A stretch of 64,000 nt of DNA from Eledone cirrhosa. Taxonomy: Eukaryota. Below, piece after piece: positions 62,200-64,000 of this stretch (the first letter of the stretch is position 1; every line of letters starts with the position of its first letter). Both the position numbers and the translations under genes were made by a program. Below the pieces are notes generated by a model. That model was given only the letters and a program-made list of their open reading frames with translations, searched no databases and was not told the origin of the DNA. Location of the stretch: assembly GCA_964016885.1 (NCBI GenBank), contig OZ024744.1:61008001-61072000 (forward strand), written 5' to 3'.

Positions 62200-62498
62200 A
62201 AAAAGTGTTGCAGTTGATCCGATCAACGGAACAGCCTGTGTTCGTGAAATTAACGTGCAAGTGGCTGAGCATTCCACAAACAAGTATACCTGTAATATAG
62301 TTCTCAAGGAGATTTTGTTTGGCACAGACTGACAAGGCTGGCCCTTCGAATTACAGGTACAACTCATTTTTGCTAGCTAAGTGGACTGGAGTTATTCAAA
62401 ATAAAGTGTCTTGCTCAAGGACATAGCACACCGGTGGGAATCGAACTCACTTACGATCCTAAGCCGAATTCCCTAAGCACAAAGCCACACACCTTCAC
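62200..62498 (-). mobile_element. tRNA-derived SINE family B (related pieces at ~28840-29115 and 63953-64000)
   Basis: Minus strand gagttcgattccc...gtccttgagcaagacactttattt...ccagtccacttagct, homologous to 37625-37760. Confidence 0.75.
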
Positions 62499-62539
62499 TA
62501 CATATACTAGTGATCTTGTAAATAGCCACTTGACATTAT

Positions 62540-62858
62540 ATTGGCAGTATCGGTAGAGGGTTCGACGCCATGCTTTCTAGCATAGTTACGTCCCTTTACA
62601 GTCTGAGTTCAAATCCCGCTGAGGTTGACTTTGCCTTTCATCCTTACGGGGTCGATAAAATAAAGTACCAGTAATGTACTGGGAAATTGCTGGCCTTGTG
62701 CCTAAAGTAGAAACAATTATTTAATGTGATAACCAAACCTATGTCAATGAACTCTTGACATAATTGTTTCTACTTTTGACAGAAGGCCAGCAGTTACCCA
62801 GTACATTACTGGTACTTTATTTTATCGACCCCATAAGGATGAAAGGCAAAGTTAACCT
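62540..62858. mobile_element. SINE family A full copy (+, 62540-62720) and 5'-truncated copy (-, 62765-62858) flanked by a 40-bp direct repeat
   Basis: Direct repeat 62725-62764 / 62859-62898, 37 of 40 identical. Confidence 0.85.
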
Positions 62859-64000
62859 TGTAATAACCAAACCTATGTCAACAAACTCTTGACATAATGA
62901 TCATGTGTTGTTACTTCAGCTACTCAATCAGCACTACTTGCAGCTTACATGTTACTGTTTGAAACTTTATCTTTCAGTGTATTGTTTTGGTTTGGTTTTT
63001 TGCAGCACTTGGGTTGTTAGTGGCTAATAACTCCCCCTCCCCCACAATATTATTATTATTGAAAGCTTGCACAGTAGCACAGTGAATATGGTATTACTGG
63101 ATATTCTACTGTCTGTTGAATTACAACAAGAACCTTAGGCAGACAGTAATTTCCTGAGTACAGGGCCTATGAGAAGGGGGTTCCAGCCGGTACTTTGTTC
63201 CAGGGCCCAAGAGATAAGAAGGCACCACAGCAACTATGGAACATCCATTAAGAGAAAAATCTTTGCCTGCTTTGGGCCCCAAAAGGGGTCTTGTACTGCC
63301 TTGCAAAATTTCTCTTGGAGGCCCTGCTTGAGTGTATGTGTATTGCTCAACAGGGTAGTTTTTCTATGAGAGCAATCTGTGATTCAAAGTCTATTTACTT
63401 CAGATACCCTCTTAGTTTTTGTGGTATCAAGCCCAAAGCTCTAATAACAATTGGAATTATCTTGATGGTATTAGATTGTATTGACTACATTTGTGTAATT
63501 GTGATCTTTTGTTATGTTTTCAGTTTCTTTCTAGACTTTGTTGTGGTGTCTTGGGATGGTATCATCAATAATCTGGCATTCATGACTATTTTTTAACATA
63601 ATTATAACATCAGATCTGCTGTATTCAAGTCTGCCATCCATTTTTTGGGACATGTTGGTACTACTTATTGATATCTATATTTTTTTACACATTGCCCAAT
63701 GAAGGTATACAGGCCTTGATATGTTTTATTTTATACCTTATTTTTATTATTCCATATTTCTGAGGTGTGTGCAGCATTGTGTTATTATTTTTGTGTGTGA
63801 TGAGAGAGTATAGACACCTCTTATTAGTGCACCACAAAGCTTGTTTTGTTATGGGGTTTTAGTTTGTAATTTTGTGTGTTATTTTGGTATTTGTTTTGTT
63901 GTGTATGTTGTTTGTTATATGAGTTGTGTTATTTTATTGGCTACTAATCTATGGAGGCACATGGCCTAGGGTTGAGGGTGTTGGACTTATGATCATAATG

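Overview
AT-rich, microsatellite-laden, repeat-dominated eukaryotic DNA. The SINE and RTE repertoire suggests a coleoid cephalopod, probably an octopus (inference). No host protein-coding gene can be confidently called. Nearly all long ORFs are retrotransposon or transposase remnants: about 11 RTE-clade LINE pieces, one Tx1/L1 LINE, one Ingi/Vingi-like LINE, a Gypsy-like gag, three mariner remnants, and Penelope-like (PLE) RT and GIY-YIG remnants. tRNA-derived SINEs, MITEs and Helitron-like pieces are also present. The main result is a 6.6-kb array (14051-20624) of 14 near-identical ~471-bp units. Each unit carries a complete minimal type-I hammerhead ribozyme (CUGAUGA / stem II / GAAA / palindromic ACUAGU stem III / GUU site) inside a highly base-paired unit, making it a candidate non-LTR retrozyme / circular-RNA cassette. 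Further hammerheads of unrelated sequence sit in fold-back elements inserted in (TA)n tracts (8580-8719, 37980-38290, 38424-38690), and degenerate ones lie near 50.1, 56.3 and 59.7 kb. The RTE LINEs carry a PHD-like C4HC3 finger inside the RT region, and one subfamily repeats a 5'UTR-type module in its 3'UTR. All RNA structures were paired by eye; no folding or database search was run.
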